Positions 1-10,490 of a stretch of DNA of 64,000 bases are shown here, in pieces. Under the pieces are notes generated by a model. It was not told where the DNA came from and made no database searches. It was given only the letters and a program-made list of their open reading frames with translations. The stretch comes from a virus (taxonomy: Duplodnaviria > Heunggongvirae > Uroviricota > Caudoviricetes), in IMG/VR virus record IMGVR_UViG_3300032579_000006; one strand, written 5' to 3'. How positions within the stretch are numbered: position 1 is the first letter of the stretch; each line of letters opens with the position of its first letter. The translations under genes were made by a program, and so were the position numbers.

Positions 1-462
1 CCGGGTTATTTAGAGAAACATTCCGAAAGAATTAAAGAACACTGGCAAAGACCGGAAGCAGTAGCTAGAAAAGAAGAAACTGCAAGGTCACTACGAAAAC
101 GTTTACACAATAATGAAAATTATGAAAAGGTGTCTAATACTAGACGCAAAAAGTTTGGAACATACGATCCGGAACGAGCGGTAGATTATCGCCACTACGC
201 CCGGCTTGTCCGGGCTCGGGCCCAAAAATGGGCTACTGAAAATGGGCATGTTTTGGGAAAACAGACTTATCATGTTGATCATCGGTTTAGTGTATTAGAC
301 GCATGGAAGAACAACTTACCGGAGCATATAGTTAATCACCCTGCCAATCTTCGCATACTTGAAGCAAGGGTAAACTCAAGTAAAGGGTCAAAAAGCGAGT
401 TGACTCTTGACGAATTATATACTATGATCGAAGAACATGATACACGAAATGATGACACCTAA
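1..462 (+). CDS. HNH endonuclease, 5-prime partial (frame open from window start)
   Basis: Frame 1 is open from nt 1. Motif HVDHRFSVLDAWKNN...NHPANLRIL...NSSKGSK fits the HNH (His-Asn-His) fold. No in-frame stop before nt 130. Confidence 0.55.
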   Translation, partial: PGYLEKHSERIKEHWQRPEAVARKEETARSLRKRLHNNENYEKVSNTRRKKFGTYDPERAVDYRHYARLVRARAQKWATENGHVLGKQTYHVDHRFSVLDAWKNNLPEHIVNHPANLRILEARVNSSKGSKSELTLDELYTMIEEHDTRNDDT

Positions 463-524
463 GCAAGTGCTTTCTAGGAACAAAATTTTAGAAGTTGACG
501 TTCAAGTTTCCATAATGGAACAAA

Positions 525-872
525 ATGCGTAATCACATTCGAGAAATGTGTGAAAAGCATTTCAACGAACCAGTACTGGTAGACACTGAGGTTGTGCGGT
601 TGATTGGATACGCCGAAGACAAACACGATGCCTATCTGATCATGAAAAAGGCAGACGGATCTGTCTACTGGCACAGTGCAGTAGGTGGATACATATTTCT
701 TGATTGCCTAAAAAGTCAAGGATATGTCATCTCAACTGAGGGTGAACCGTGGGATGATTTTTACAGGTTGGACTGCCAGTTGGAGTTTAGCAGTTGTCCC
801 AAAGAAAAAGAATTCTTAATAGACCTGAGACCAGAGCAAGGTTGGGAATGGGAAACTGATGACAGTGAATGA
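525..872 (+). CDS. hypothetical protein
   Basis: 115-aa ORF in the phage coding-dense region. Confidence 0.4.
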   Translation: MRNHIREMCEKHFNEPVLVDTEVVRLIGYAEDKHDAYLIMKKADGSVYWHSAVGGYIFLDCLKSQGYVISTEGEPWDDFYRLDCQLEFSSCPKEKEFLIDLRPEQGWEWETDDSE

Positions 873-1143
873 AGAAATTCTAGTTATTACAGCAGAAGAA
901 TGTGCCGAGGTAACACAGATAGTAACTAAATCACTTCGATTTGGTTTGGACTCTAACTTTACTGGTCCGACTAATAGACAGCTACTGGCTAATGAGTTAG
1001 GTGATCTATTGTGCATGGTAGACTTATTGGTATCACGAGGAATTATCTCAGCAGACCAACTAGAGATATCAAAGGCAGCTAAGCTAGAACGTCTAAAAAT
1101 CTGGTCTAACATTTTTGCAGGAAAAGGAGATGAAATTAATTAA
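859..1143 (+). CDS. small MazG/HisE-like all-alpha NTP pyrophosphohydrolase
   Basis: AEECAEV...ELGDLLCMVDLL pattern typical of the MazG-like nucleotide pyrophosphohydrolase fold (EExxE ... ELGDxL). Confidence 0.45.
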   Translation: MTVNEEILVITAEECAEVTQIVTKSLRFGLDSNFTGPTNRQLLANELGDLLCMVDLLVSRGIISADQLEISKAAKLERLKIWSNIFAGKGDEIN

Positions 1144-1378
1144 CATTAGGTTAGTATTACAGGCCATCTGGGACGGTGTAAAGTGGTTACCTATTACAAT
1201 TGGTGTTGTTGCGTTGATATTTAGTGAAATATATGCGTTAAGACATTTTGGATATGTTGCGACCGCCATCATATTTGGACTGATAGTACTGATAACAGTC
1301 ATTGTAGTTAGATATGTGCAACTATACGACGAAGACAAAATGGGTAAAGAAAAAATGATGGATGTGTTAAAGCGATGA
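1115..1378 (+). CDS. small membrane protein (two predicted TM helices)
   Basis: Hydrophobic stretches LPITIGVVALIFSEIYAL and ATAIIFGLIVLITVIVV. Confidence 0.4.
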   Translation: MQEKEMKLINIRLVLQAIWDGVKWLPITIGVVALIFSEIYALRHFGYVATAIIFGLIVLITVIVVRYVQLYDEDKMGKEKMMDVLKR

Positions 1379-1872
1379 AATTAGAACTCTTAAAAGAAAA
1401 CGATCCGCAACTATTAGAAGTTTCCGAATTATGGGATTTTGAAGTTGACGGTGATCCGACCGATCTAGTAAAGGAAATGGTTCGTGTTCTAACTGAAAAC
1501 GGGGGCGTCGGTCTTGCCGCTCCGCAGTGCGGAATTAAGAAGCGTATCTTTATCATGGGTAACTTTACTAAGATGGTTGTCTGCATCAATCCAAAGATTG
1601 TCGCGTTATCAGAGGAACGAGACTTTTCGCTTGAAGGCTGTCTAAGCTTTCCTAATCTTTACCTTAAGGTAAAGAGGCCCGCCGGCGCCATGGTTGAATA
1701 TCAAACGACCACAGGAGAAACCAAACAAGAAGAAATTTCTGGGTTTATGGCCCGTGTTTTCCTTCATGAGTATGATCATCTGATGGGAATAACATTTGAT
1801 CAGCGTGTGGGTGATCTTAGTATGAAAATGGCTAAAGAAAAGAGAACCAAAGACGCAAAAAAAGGCCGCTAG
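1375..1872 (+). CDS. def: peptide deformylase
   Basis: All three PDF motifs are present: GVGLAAPQCG, EGCLSFP and HEYDHLMG (HExxH metal site). Confidence 0.85.
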   Translation: MKLELLKENDPQLLEVSELWDFEVDGDPTDLVKEMVRVLTENGGVGLAAPQCGIKKRIFIMGNFTKMVVCINPKIVALSEERDFSLEGCLSFPNLYLKVKRPAGAMVEYQTTTGETKQEEISGFMARVFLHEYDHLMGITFDQRVGDLSMKMAKEKRTKDAKKGR

Positions 1873-2249
1873 GGCAAACGCTTAACCAGTGTGATGCTCT
1901 TTCTTTTAGCCCGCTTTTTAGTAAATTCAGTAATGCTAACTACGGGTCCGTGAAGAACGATCAAACTCTTGTTATTGAATGTTCGAATGTATGGTCTAAA
2001 GATAGCCCATTCTTCTTTGAGAAATATGTTGATGGGGATCGATCTATTCGATTCCCACCACCATATATCACCTAATTCTAAAAACTTAGCTCGCAACTCA
2101 GACTGAACTATTGCACCATAGTCATAGAGCGTAGTGACCATATCATCCCTGTTTTGAATGATGCCCACATAATCTTGTTGCGCATAGGAACACACCGAAA
2201 TAAACGGGTGATTTTCACTTAATTTCTTGAAAAATTCGTTGCTGCTCAT
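1869..2249 (-). CDS. hypothetical protein (isolated minus-strand gene)
   Basis: 126-aa ORF. An AT-rich divergent promoter region lies at 2250-2337. Confidence 0.4.
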   Translation of the reverse strand: MSSNEFFKKLSENHPFISVCSYAQQDYVGIIQNRDDMVTTLYDYGAIVQSELRAKFLELGDIWWWESNRSIPINIFLKEEWAIFRPYIRTFNNKSLIVLHGPVVSITEFTKKRAKRKSITLVKRLP

Positions 2250-2337
2250 ACTATACTATATTTACACTATTTTGCCCAAAGATAATATTTTCATATTTCT
2301 AAGACTAAATATATGATGATAGGGATAACAAGTAACC

Positions 2338-3117
2338 ATGGCTTATAGTACTCAAGTATTCGTGTATGTCCAACGCCAGATTGTTGTCCTACTAGTAGGT
2401 AACTCAGCGAGAATATACATGCCCCAGTACGCCAAACCACTAACGCTACACAGAGGTGTGGACAATAAAATCCAATTTCAGTTTCTCAATCAGGAACAAA
2501 AGCCCGTCGACATTACAGGTAAATCAATCACCTGCAGAGTTATCAGCTATGACGGTAATGCTGTATTAATTAACAAAGCCTTAGATTTGGATCTTCCTCT
2601 TACTGGAATTGCGTCTTTGAATTTAAATGCGGCTGACATCGAGGACATTCCTGCGCAGAAATGTCACTATTCTCTAGAGATTCCTATCGGAGACTTCGGA
2701 TATCCGGTCTTCGTGGATCAAAATGCAGGCGCAAGGGGCGATATGAATATTGTCAATTCTGTGCTTCCTGCATTTGTCCCTTCATCCAATGTTACTATTC
2801 CGTCTGGTCAAGCCTTTCCTAATCTAAACAATAATGCTGAATGGTCTGTTCCTGCGAATTCAAGAGCATACTATAGTAGTGTCATAAACACAGAAGACAA
2901 TCCTATACTCACTATACAGGCTAGCTATGACCAATACAATGGTGATGTGACAATTGAAGGATCTACCCAACCTGACGCTGATTGGTATCCTATTCTTAAC
3001 AATACATACGAGGATGTTACTGATACTTTTGGATACACTATAAAAGGTTTCCATCCGTTTGTTCGTATGGTATTTTCTAGCAACGCCGGCGCGGTCACCA
3101 ATATTCTATCTCGCTAA
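2338..3117 (+). CDS. hypothetical protein
   Basis: 259-aa ORF. The true start may be the internal Met near 2420. Confidence 0.4.
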   Translation: MAYSTQVFVYVQRQIVVLLVGNSARIYMPQYAKPLTLHRGVDNKIQFQFLNQEQKPVDITGKSITCRVISYDGNAVLINKALDLDLPLTGIASLNLNAADIEDIPAQKCHYSLEIPIGDFGYPVFVDQNAGARGDMNIVNSVLPAFVPSSNVTIPSGQAFPNLNNNAEWSVPANSRAYYSSVINTEDNPILTIQASYDQYNGDVTIEGSTQPDADWYPILNNTYEDVTDTFGYTIKGFHPFVRMVFSSNAGAVTNILSR

Positions 3118-3164
3118 GTTACCGTATTACTTGAGTTTTACTCAGTAAGTGTTACAATACCTTT

Positions 3165-4142
3165 ATGTTTAATATTCTGTCAGTAATTCCGGGAAAAAAG
3201 AAGACTACCGGTAGTGGCTGGATTAGCTTTAATGCACCGTGCTGTCATCATCGCGGTCATAAAGCAGATAAACGTATGCGCGGCGGAATCAAGTTTATAA
3301 CAGACGTTAACTGGTCGTTTCATTGCTTTAACTGCGATTACAAGTGCGGATTTACCTTAGGTAAACAAATTAGTAAGAATCTACGACAATTATTGCTTTG
3401 GTGCGGTGTCGGTGACAGTGAGATTACTAAATGGAATTTTGAGAGCCTTCAGCATCGAGATTTAGTAGACCTATATACGATAAAGAAAAATCTCAAGAAA
3501 GTAAGATTTAATGAGATACCGCTACCACAAAATGCTATAATGATTGATTCTGCCTGTCCTGAGCATAAACCTTTTATAGACTATCTTTCCACAAGAGGAT
3601 TTCAACCAAACGATTATCCATTTTTAATCACTCCTAAAGATGAAGGTAGAAATGCTAATAGAATTATCATTCCATATACTTTCAATAATAAAGTTGTCGG
3701 TCATATAAGCAGATATCTAGATGACAGATTTCCCAAATATATTAAGGAGCAACAACCCGGATTCGTATTTGGCTTCGACTTACAAAAACCAGAATGGGAA
3801 GTATGTATCGTTGTTGAGGGCATATTTGACGCACTCAGTATCAATGGCTGCGCACTAACTCATGATACTATAAGCGACGAACAAGCAGAGGTTCTTCGTC
3901 GCCTTAATAAACGTATTATTGTAGTTCCTGATTTGGATAAGACAGGGCTAGCTATATGTGACCGAGCGCTAGATTTGGGTTTTCAGGTGAGTATACCAAA
4001 TTGGGCCGAAGGAATAAAAGACACCAATGATGCTGTTAGAAAGTATGGAAGACTTCCTACTCTGCTAAGTATATTGCAAAGCGCAACTACTAGCAAAATC
4101 AAGCTTAAGATGCAACGGAGAACGCTTGACAAAAGAATATAA
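3165..4142 (+). CDS. DNA primase (CHC2 zinc finger + Toprim; T4 gp61 / DnaG-like)
   Basis: CCHHRGHKADKRMRGGIKF...CFNCDYKCGF zinc-binding motif. A Toprim-like acidic motif VVEGIFDALS...VVPDLDKTG lies downstream. Confidence 0.65.
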   Translation: MFNILSVIPGKKKTTGSGWISFNAPCCHHRGHKADKRMRGGIKFITDVNWSFHCFNCDYKCGFTLGKQISKNLRQLLLWCGVGDSEITKWNFESLQHRDLVDLYTIKKNLKKVRFNEIPLPQNAIMIDSACPEHKPFIDYLSTRGFQPNDYPFLITPKDEGRNANRIIIPYTFNNKVVGHISRYLDDRFPKYIKEQQPGFVFGFDLQKPEWEVCIVVEGIFDALSINGCALTHDTISDEQAEVLRRLNKRIIVVPDLDKTGLAICDRALDLGFQVSIPNWAEGIKDTNDAVRKYGRLPTLLSILQSATTSKIKLKMQRRTLDKRI

Positions 4143-5535
4143 CATAGACGTACAGACGCTCTTTCTACGTATGATGGTAACCAACGCCGAGTTATATACT
4201 CGCGTCATAAACATCATGAATCCAAATAATTTTGATAGGACGCTGAGAGCATCCGCAGAATTCTTGGTAGAACACGCTACCAAATATAATGTTATGCCGG
4301 ATCCTATTCAGATCAAGGCTACGACTGGTGTTAGCATAGAACCTATACCAGAGCTTACTGATGGACACTATGATTGGTTTCTAGAAGAATTCGAATCATT
4401 CACTAAGAGACAAGAGCTTGAGCGAGCCATTCTTAAAGCAGCGGATATGCTAGAGAAGGGCGACTTTAATCCAATTGAAAAATTAATAAAAGATGCTATT
4501 CAGATTTCATTGCAACGAGATATGGGTACAGACTACTTTGCTGATCCAAAAGAGCGACTAAACAAATACTTCAATGCAGGTGGTCAAGTAAGCACAGGTT
4601 GGCCACAGCTTGATCGTGTCATGTATGGTGGCATGAGTCGAGGAGAGTTGAACATCTTTGCAGGTGGTTCGGGCTCGGGTAAATCATTGGTGATGATGAA
4701 TCTGGCTCTAAACTGGCTACAGCAAGGGTTAAGCGGAGTATACATAACGCTAGAACTATCAGAAGAATTGACTTCGCTACGTACTGATGCCATGTTGACT
4801 AGCATGAGTACAAAAGATATTCGAAAGGATATGGATACTGCTGAGCTAAAAGTCAAGATGGTTGCTAGAAAGTCTGGTAAGTATCGTGTTAAGGGTCTTC
4901 CGGCACAGTCTAACGTAAATGATATTCGAAGCTATCTAAAAGAAGTTCAGATTCAGACTGGCATCAAAGTAGATTTTGTGATGATCGATTATCTCGATCT
5001 AGTCATGCCAGTCTCCGTAAAAGTAAATCCTAATGATCAGTTTATCAAGGACAAGTATGTTTCAGAAGAACTACGTAATCTAGCTAAGGAATTAGGTGTT
5101 CTGATGGTTACGGCATCGCAGTTGAATCGTTCGGCAGTTGAAGAAATTGAGTTCGATCACTCACACATTGCTGGTGGTATTTCAAAGATCAACACAGCAG
5201 ACTATGTGTTTGGTATTTTCACTTCCAGGTCAATGCGTGAACGCGGAAAGTATCAAATTCAGTGTATGAAGTCTCGTAGTTCCACTGGAGTGGGTCAAAA
5301 GATCGACTTAGAATATAACATCGAAACCATGAGAATAACCGACGAAGATCCAGAAAATGATTACAAACCACAACCGTCTGCTAATGACATTATCAGTAAA
5401 ATAAAAACAACTAGCCAAGTTGGCTCAGTAGACGCAGCGGTACATGCAACTGTAGAAGCAGCACCAAAGCACGTAGTTGCAGATGTCAAATCTGCACAAT
5501 TAAAATCGTTGTTAAATTCTCTCAAGAAATCATAA
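4126..5535 (+). CDS. DnaB-family replicative helicase (T4 gp41-like)
   Basis: Walker A AGGSGSGKS; RecA-like core; DnaB-like motifs ASQLNR and helicase C-terminal region. Confidence 0.75.
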   Translation: MTKEYNIDVQTLFLRMMVTNAELYTRVINIMNPNNFDRTLRASAEFLVEHATKYNVMPDPIQIKATTGVSIEPIPELTDGHYDWFLEEFESFTKRQELERAILKAADMLEKGDFNPIEKLIKDAIQISLQRDMGTDYFADPKERLNKYFNAGGQVSTGWPQLDRVMYGGMSRGELNIFAGGSGSGKSLVMMNLALNWLQQGLSGVYITLELSEELTSLRTDAMLTSMSTKDIRKDMDTAELKVKMVARKSGKYRVKGLPAQSNVNDIRSYLKEVQIQTGIKVDFVMIDYLDLVMPVSVKVNPNDQFIKDKYVSEELRNLAKELGVLMVTASQLNRSAVEEIEFDHSHIAGGISKINTADYVFGIFTSRSMRERGKYQIQCMKSRSSTGVGQKIDLEYNIETMRITDEDPENDYKPQPSANDIISKIKTTSQVGSVDAAVHATVEAAPKHVVADVKSAQLKSLLNSLKKS

Positions 5536-5560
5536 ATACTGTCAGTAGGATCTTTACCCA

Positions 5561-5809
5561 ATGCAAAAGAAAACAAAAAGCCTTCTTGAGGAATTACAAG
5601 CATATGGTGAAAACCGTGATGTCAATCATATTATTGAGTCTCGGGCTTCCAATATTATTACCAGTGCTATCAATCTAATTGAATTGATGAATCGTAATTA
5701 TTCTCCTGAAAAAGCAGAATTTCTTGAAAAGAAATTGCTTAGCGCTATCAAAGGTAAAGATCAAGCAAGATTTTCGAAGTCCATAAGGAGGAATCATGAA
5801 GATAAATGA
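5561..5809 (+). CDS. hypothetical protein
   Basis: 82-aa ORF preceded by an ATAAATA motif at about 5532. Confidence 0.35.
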   Translation: MQKKTKSLLEELQAYGENRDVNHIIESRASNIITSAINLIELMNRNYSPEKAEFLEKKLLSAIKGKDQARFSKSIRRNHEDK

Positions 5810-7133
5810 GTTTAATTCACCTAAGCAAGTAGATGAGGGTCTATTGAGCAACGTATTTGGAGATTACGGAGCATCTACTATTACGAATACACTCGGTAAG
5901 TACGCTGAGCCAATGATGAAACGGGCACAACAGAATTTAACCCAGAAAAACTTCATCAATAGCTTTCTTAAGAGTGCATCAACGGCTTTGGCTAATGTAG
6001 CTGCTCCTGCCACTAGGGTATCAGCAGCACCAGCTGCCCCGACAGGGTCTGCGGGTCCAACAGCAGCATCTTCTGCCCCGACAGGGTCTGCGGGTCCAAC
6101 AGCAGCATCTTCTGCCCCGACTGCTGCAACTGCAACTACACAAAATACAGCATCCACAGACCCTTATGAAAACCTTAAAGGACAAGTACGTAGTATTCAA
6201 CCTACACCAAATGCAAAGCCTCTTCCGGCTAATATGGTTGCAAGCTTGCAAGGAGATATGCAAAAATTAGCTAAGGGTGATAAGGAAAGTGGCGCCTTTG
6301 CTGCTAATAAGATTTTAAAATTTGCAAATGCTGGATACGATGTCAGTAAGCTAGCACCAGCATGGACAGCAAGCAGCAAGGCAGGTGAAAGGTTCTTGAC
6401 CCAGAGTGTATATCGCGCTATAAGTAAAATGCTTAAGGAACACGGACTGGTTTGGGCTAATCTAGGTCTTCGTATTAGGTTGACTGAAAGTGTTAAAGGA
6501 TCTGGAGTCTTTATAAGCACTTGCAAGCCAGTTTCCGTCGTAGTCTCACCGTATGATAGATTAAATTACGTACTTGAAAGTATCATATCAGAATATGATC
6601 CTACTTTGGCTAGAACTACCGGCAATGCACCAAAACCAACTGCGCCTAAAGCGGTTAATACTCCTAGATTCGGCACAAAGCCTGCGTCATCGGCCGCCGC
6701 ACCAAAGACGGTAGCGCCACAGGCCGCCGCACCAAAGACGGTAGCGCCACAGGCCGCCGCACCAAAGACGGCGCCACCACAACCCGCTGCCCCTAAAGGA
6801 AAACCTTCTCAGATATTGAATAGCTGGTTTTATAACTATATGCACGGAGTAAACATTAATGATAACCAACAAAAGCTAATCAGTGATTTACTTAGCCAAG
6901 TAGATGCTACGTATAGCAAAGACAAGGGCAATGAAGCACTCCAAAAATTGGCATTATTAGCGTTCAAACTTACAGCCGCAGCTAAACCTGAATTAATAAA
7001 AAATACCCCATCTACATCAGGGTCACTCTCTACTTCTTCGGAACAAATAAAGGCCTCGTTGGACTCACTAAAAAACAAAAACCCAGCTGAATATAAAAAA
7101 ATTATAGCAGACATTAATCAAACAGCACAATGA
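5796..7133 (+). CDS. Pro/Ala-rich repetitive protein
   Basis: Perfect tandem nucleotide repeats 2x39 nt (6037-6114, APTGSAGPTAASS) and 3x30 nt (6692-6781, AAPKTVAPQ). Confidence 0.5.
   Translation: MKINEFNSPKQVDEGLLSNVFGDYGASTITNTLGKYAEPMMKRAQQNLTQKNFINSFLKSASTALANVAAPATRVSAAPAAPTGSAGPTAASSAPTGSAGPTAASSAPTAATATTQNTASTDPYENLKGQVRSIQPTPNAKPLPANMVASLQGDMQKLAKGDKESGAFAANKILKFANAGYDVSKLAPAWTASSKAGERFLTQSVYRAISKMLKEHGLVWANLGLRIRLTESVKGSGVFISTCKPVSVVVSPYDRLNYVLESIISEYDPTLARTTGNAPKPTAPKAVNTPRFGTKPASSAAAPKTVAPQAAAPKTVAPQAAAPKTAPPQPAAPKGKPSQILNSWFYNYMHGVNINDNQQKLISDLLSQVDATYSKDKGNEALQKLALLAFKLTAAAKPELIKNTPSTSGSLSTSSEQIKASLDSLKNKNPAEYKKIIADINQTAQ
6692..6781 (+). repeat. 3x30-nt tandem repeat (GGCCGCCGCACCAAAGACGGTAGCGCCACA)
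   Basis: Two perfect copies plus one variant copy, coding AAPKTVAPQ. Confidence 0.8.
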
Positions 7134-8275
7134 GTGACCTCAGGGCCTTAATAGATAAACTGGAATCCATCAACACCGTAGTTGTTGAAGGCAAAGGTCA
7201 TTTGGATCATCCTGAAGATTTAGTTTTTTTAGGGGATGAGGAAGGTGCAAAACGCGCAATATCTGCAATAGAAGCAACTGTAAATCAACCAAACTCTATA
7301 ACTATCAAATGGGACGGGTATCCTGCGCTTATATTCGGTCGAGGATCTGATGGAAAATTCTCCATCATGGATAAGCACATGTTTAATAAAAAGGACGGCA
7401 CTGGTAGAGCAGTATACAGTCCTGAACAATTTATGGAATATGATCGGGCCAGAGGAGTAGACAGAGGAAATCTATACCATCTGATTGGTACTATTTGGTC
7501 TGGTTTGGAAAAAGATGATCGCGGTGGAAATGGTTACTACTGGGGTGATCTTTTATTTAGCAGTCCACTTAAGGATGAAAATGGGGTATTCAAGTTTAGA
7601 GCCAATCCTAATGGAATTGCATATACAGTAGATGTAAACAGCGACGTTGGTAAACTACTAGCAGGAAAAGCCGCTGGTATTGCTGTCCACCAGTTTATAC
7701 CGGCTCAGTCGGCGTCAACTGATGAGGCTGTTTCATTGAACGGATCATTGGGTAATCTACAAAATGCTTCTAATGTAGCTATAGTACCTAGTAAGATGCC
7801 GATTACACCTAAATTAAAAATGCCAGCTAGACTCAAGAACGTAGCAGAAAGAGAACTACAGCAGTATGGACCATCAATCAAAGATTTGATGAATACTGCC
7901 CCTCAGGCTAGAAATACATTCAATCAACTTTTTACAGTTTACATCAACAAGAAAATTGTGTCAGGTAGTCTTACTAATTTAATAAAAGACTTTTTAGAGT
8001 ATGTAAAAGCTAGACCTATGTCCGACGCCATGAAGCAAAAAATTCTAGAACATCTAGAAGTAAACAAAGAAGGCCTAGTAGGTGCCTTCAAAGTTTGGAT
8101 ATCATTGTACAATCTTAAAATGAATGTAGTGAAACAATTAGACGCATCAGCTACACATAGTCCCGTAAAGGGATATTTGCAGGATGGATCACAGACACAT
8201 GAGGGTTTCGTCGCACAAGGTCTTAAGTTTGTTGATCGTATGGGATTTTCTCGTCAAAATCTTCAAGGCCGATAA
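7130..8275 (+). CDS. hypothetical protein, possible ligase-like nucleotidyltransferase
   Basis: TIKWDGYP resembles ligase motif I (KxDG). HEGFVAQGLK near the C-terminus resembles motif IV/V. The motif spacing is atypical, so this is weak. Confidence 0.3.
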   Translation: MSDLRALIDKLESINTVVVEGKGHLDHPEDLVFLGDEEGAKRAISAIEATVNQPNSITIKWDGYPALIFGRGSDGKFSIMDKHMFNKKDGTGRAVYSPEQFMEYDRARGVDRGNLYHLIGTIWSGLEKDDRGGNGYYWGDLLFSSPLKDENGVFKFRANPNGIAYTVDVNSDVGKLLAGKAAGIAVHQFIPAQSASTDEAVSLNGSLGNLQNASNVAIVPSKMPITPKLKMPARLKNVAERELQQYGPSIKDLMNTAPQARNTFNQLFTVYINKKIVSGSLTNLIKDFLEYVKARPMSDAMKQKILEHLEVNKEGLVGAFKVWISLYNLKMNVVKQLDASATHSPVKGYLQDGSQTHEGFVAQGLKFVDRMGFSRQNLQGR

Positions 8276-8356
8276 CCCAAAACCGACTTTTTTGTTGCCA
8301 GGCATAAATATTAATATGGAACAGCAGGTTCCAAATATTAATAAGGATCCATCAAG

Positions 8357-8740
8357 ATGGCACAATTTACAAAGACACATGGTGATTTTCAACCAGTACT
8401 ACACATTGACTCACCAGCATATACAACTGGCGCTCTTAACGCTGTAACTTCAGGCGTAGCTGTACAACCACAGGGCCCAAAGCTTGACTACTTCACTTCT
8501 ACTGCTACTGGCCACTTGACTGGCGCCCAAGTTCTAACCATTGTTCAGACTCTTGAGCAACTTGCAACAGTACACATCTATCAGTTCACAACTGGTGGCT
8601 CAAACGACACCTTCGCTGCTGCTCTTTACCCAGCATCAGCTTGGACTGCTTCTGCAATCGACACTGCTCTAACCGCAGCTGGCGTAACTGGTACAACTAC
8701 TGCAACCGGCGCAACTTTCGTTGCTGGTTCAGACCTCTAA
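8357..8740 (+). CDS. small Thr/Ala-rich protein, likely highly expressed
   Basis: SD AAGGA 9 nt upstream. Followed immediately by a strong intrinsic terminator. An ATAAATA motif lies at about 8305. Confidence 0.5.
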   Translation: MAQFTKTHGDFQPVLHIDSPAYTTGALNAVTSGVAVQPQGPKLDYFTSTATGHLTGAQVLTIVQTLEQLATVHIYQFTTGGSNDTFAAALYPASAWTASAIDTALTAAGVTGTTTATGATFVAGSDL

Positions 8741-8766
8741 TATAAAAAGTTATTATTAACTAACGA

Positions 8767-8799
8767 AGCCCGGAAATAATATTATTTCCGGGCTTTTTG
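8767..8799 (+). terminator. rho-independent terminator
   Basis: GCCCGGAAATA-atat-TATTTCCGGGC hairpin followed by TTTTT. Confidence 0.75.
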
Positions 8800-8816
8800 T
8801 TGCTCTAAATAACACT

Positions 8817-9257
8817 ATGCATAGAATTCGGTGCTATACGTTATTTGACATCACCCAAACTGGAGTGATGAATCGTTCTAGACCGAATGTGGATGACATT
8901 GACGGTTGGCTACGTAAACGTAATACACAATGCAATTTCGATACAGTACTTCAGATTATATCTTTAAGATCGCAGCCTGAGGTAACTAAATTACCTACTA
9001 AAATAGAAATGAGTGAATCTGAATTTGAAAAATTTGGGTTTGCATATGAGATGCAAGATAAATTTAGTTACTGCTGGAGTTTCGAGTTTGAGATTCAACA
9101 CACTAGCGTATTTGAAAATGGAATTGTACCGTTGGGATCATTGTACAGCGATTGTGACGGAGTACCGATGATAGTTTGCGGAGAACAGAATGTTCCCACT
9201 TCATCCTTTTTAAATACTACAGTAGAGTTAAAAAATATCTATTTTGAGATAATGTAA
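8817..9257 (+). CDS. hypothetical protein
   Basis: 146-aa ORF. Confidence 0.4.
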   Translation: MHRIRCYTLFDITQTGVMNRSRPNVDDIDGWLRKRNTQCNFDTVLQIISLRSQPEVTKLPTKIEMSESEFEKFGFAYEMQDKFSYCWSFEFEIQHTSVFENGIVPLGSLYSDCDGVPMIVCGEQNVPTSSFLNTTVELKNIYFEIM

Positions 9258-9258
9258 T

Positions 9259-9747
9259 ATGAAAAATGTGGTAAAACTAGCTAAATTTTTTGACGAAGAA
9301 TTGAATTCTAACCTCAGTGAAGTGTTAGTTACTAAATACCAATTTGGAGAATATGGTCTATTTGGTAAATATTTAGTTAAACTCACACCTGCAGGTTGGT
9401 ATAAAGTAGTTGTATTAAAAAATAAAGACGCCCATGAGTTTACTACACTAAGAAATGCTGTTACCTGGTGTACATTGCAGCATGCTGATTTGGGAAAACA
9501 AGCAAGAAGGTTACAACAACTAGATGCAAAACTTAGTAGCTTGCAAGTAGAGATTACTCTACATAAAAATATGAGCAGAACATCAACCAATGTTTACACT
9601 AAACAAATGTATAGAATGAAGTTACAGGAAGACACCTTTCAGAAAAAACAAGTAGTCAATGAAGTCAATTCTTTCATAAATAGTTCTATGATGATTCAGG
9701 CTCGTAAGTTTGACAAGTCAAAAGAACGTAAATTTACATACCGATGA
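9259..9747 (+). CDS. hypothetical protein
   Basis: 162-aa ORF. Confidence 0.4.
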   Translation: MKNVVKLAKFFDEELNSNLSEVLVTKYQFGEYGLFGKYLVKLTPAGWYKVVVLKNKDAHEFTTLRNAVTWCTLQHADLGKQARRLQQLDAKLSSLQVEITLHKNMSRTSTNVYTKQMYRMKLQEDTFQKKQVVNEVNSFINSSMMIQARKFDKSKERKFTYR

Positions 9748-9778
9748 TAAATATTACAATCAACAGGAAGATTAACTT

Positions 9779-10486
9779 ATGAAACTTAACGATTTAGACA
9801 AGAATAACGTTGCTGAAAGAGCACTTAAGGAATCCTTTTCTATGAATTTTGACGTATCGAACTTAGACCGCGCAAAAACCCGTGCTATGTTAAAGAAGGT
9901 TACTGGTCTGATCAACGAATCAAGACGATCACCTAATTTTCATAAAGCACAGAACAATCCAACTTATTTGAAGTTGAAGTTTATGGAGCAGGCTCTAACT
10001 CAGCATTTACCTTATGCTAAGTCTCCTCGCATCGTATTTGAAAATGAAGAAGTAGAGAAGTCACAGGTCATTCTTGCTGCACAAGATATGGTTGACACTG
10101 TACAAAAGTACTATGAAGATGTCAATGATATGCTTGTTAAGGAACTTCCGGCACTGGTCGATTCGATTCAATCAGAAATTGGTGTCAACGAAAGCACACA
10201 ATTCAATCAGCAAGTGTCCGAAGCACTTACTACTCTCAATAGCACTCTACAAGAAACAAAGGCTGCGCTTCAAGGTGCGCTAGGCACACTCACTGGTCAA
10301 GGCGGCGAAGATGCATTTGCAACCAACGAACCTGAGCTTGGAGCTGACATGGGTGCAGAGTTAGGAGCCGACTTAGGTGGCGAACTTGGTGACGAAGAAG
10401 ATTTAGATATGGATCTCTCTGAACCAAAGTCTGATGAGGAAGAACTTCCACCTAGATTCAGCGGTGCAGGCCGCCCAAAGCGATAA
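9779..10486 (+). CDS. acidic protein (Asp/Glu-rich C-terminus)
   Basis: ATAAATA at about 9747 plus SD AGGAAG. The C-terminus is very acidic (GADMGAELGADLGGELGDEEDLDMD). Confidence 0.45.
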   Translation: MKLNDLDKNNVAERALKESFSMNFDVSNLDRAKTRAMLKKVTGLINESRRSPNFHKAQNNPTYLKLKFMEQALTQHLPYAKSPRIVFENEEVEKSQVILAAQDMVDTVQKYYEDVNDMLVKELPALVDSIQSEIGVNESTQFNQQVSEALTTLNSTLQETKAALQGALGTLTGQGGEDAFATNEPELGADMGAELGADLGGELGDEEDLDMDLSEPKSDEEELPPRFSGAGRPKR

Positions 10487-10490
10487 TTTA

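Noticed and set aside
3165-5535. Primase and helicase as one frameshifted primase-helicase gene (T7 gp4 style)
   Set aside because: The two ORFs overlap by only 17 nt, each has a plausible own start, and the T4-like context (gp61 and gp41 separate) fits two genes. No slippery site is obvious.
8317-8447. ATAAATA-N5-ATG geometry giving a 43-aa ORF (MEQQVPNINK...) overlapping the 8357 gene in another frame
   Set aside because: The 127-aa gene at 8357 has an SD and a strong terminator and looks genuine. Here the box more likely acts as a normal promoter with a 40-nt leader, and the N5-ATG is coincidental.
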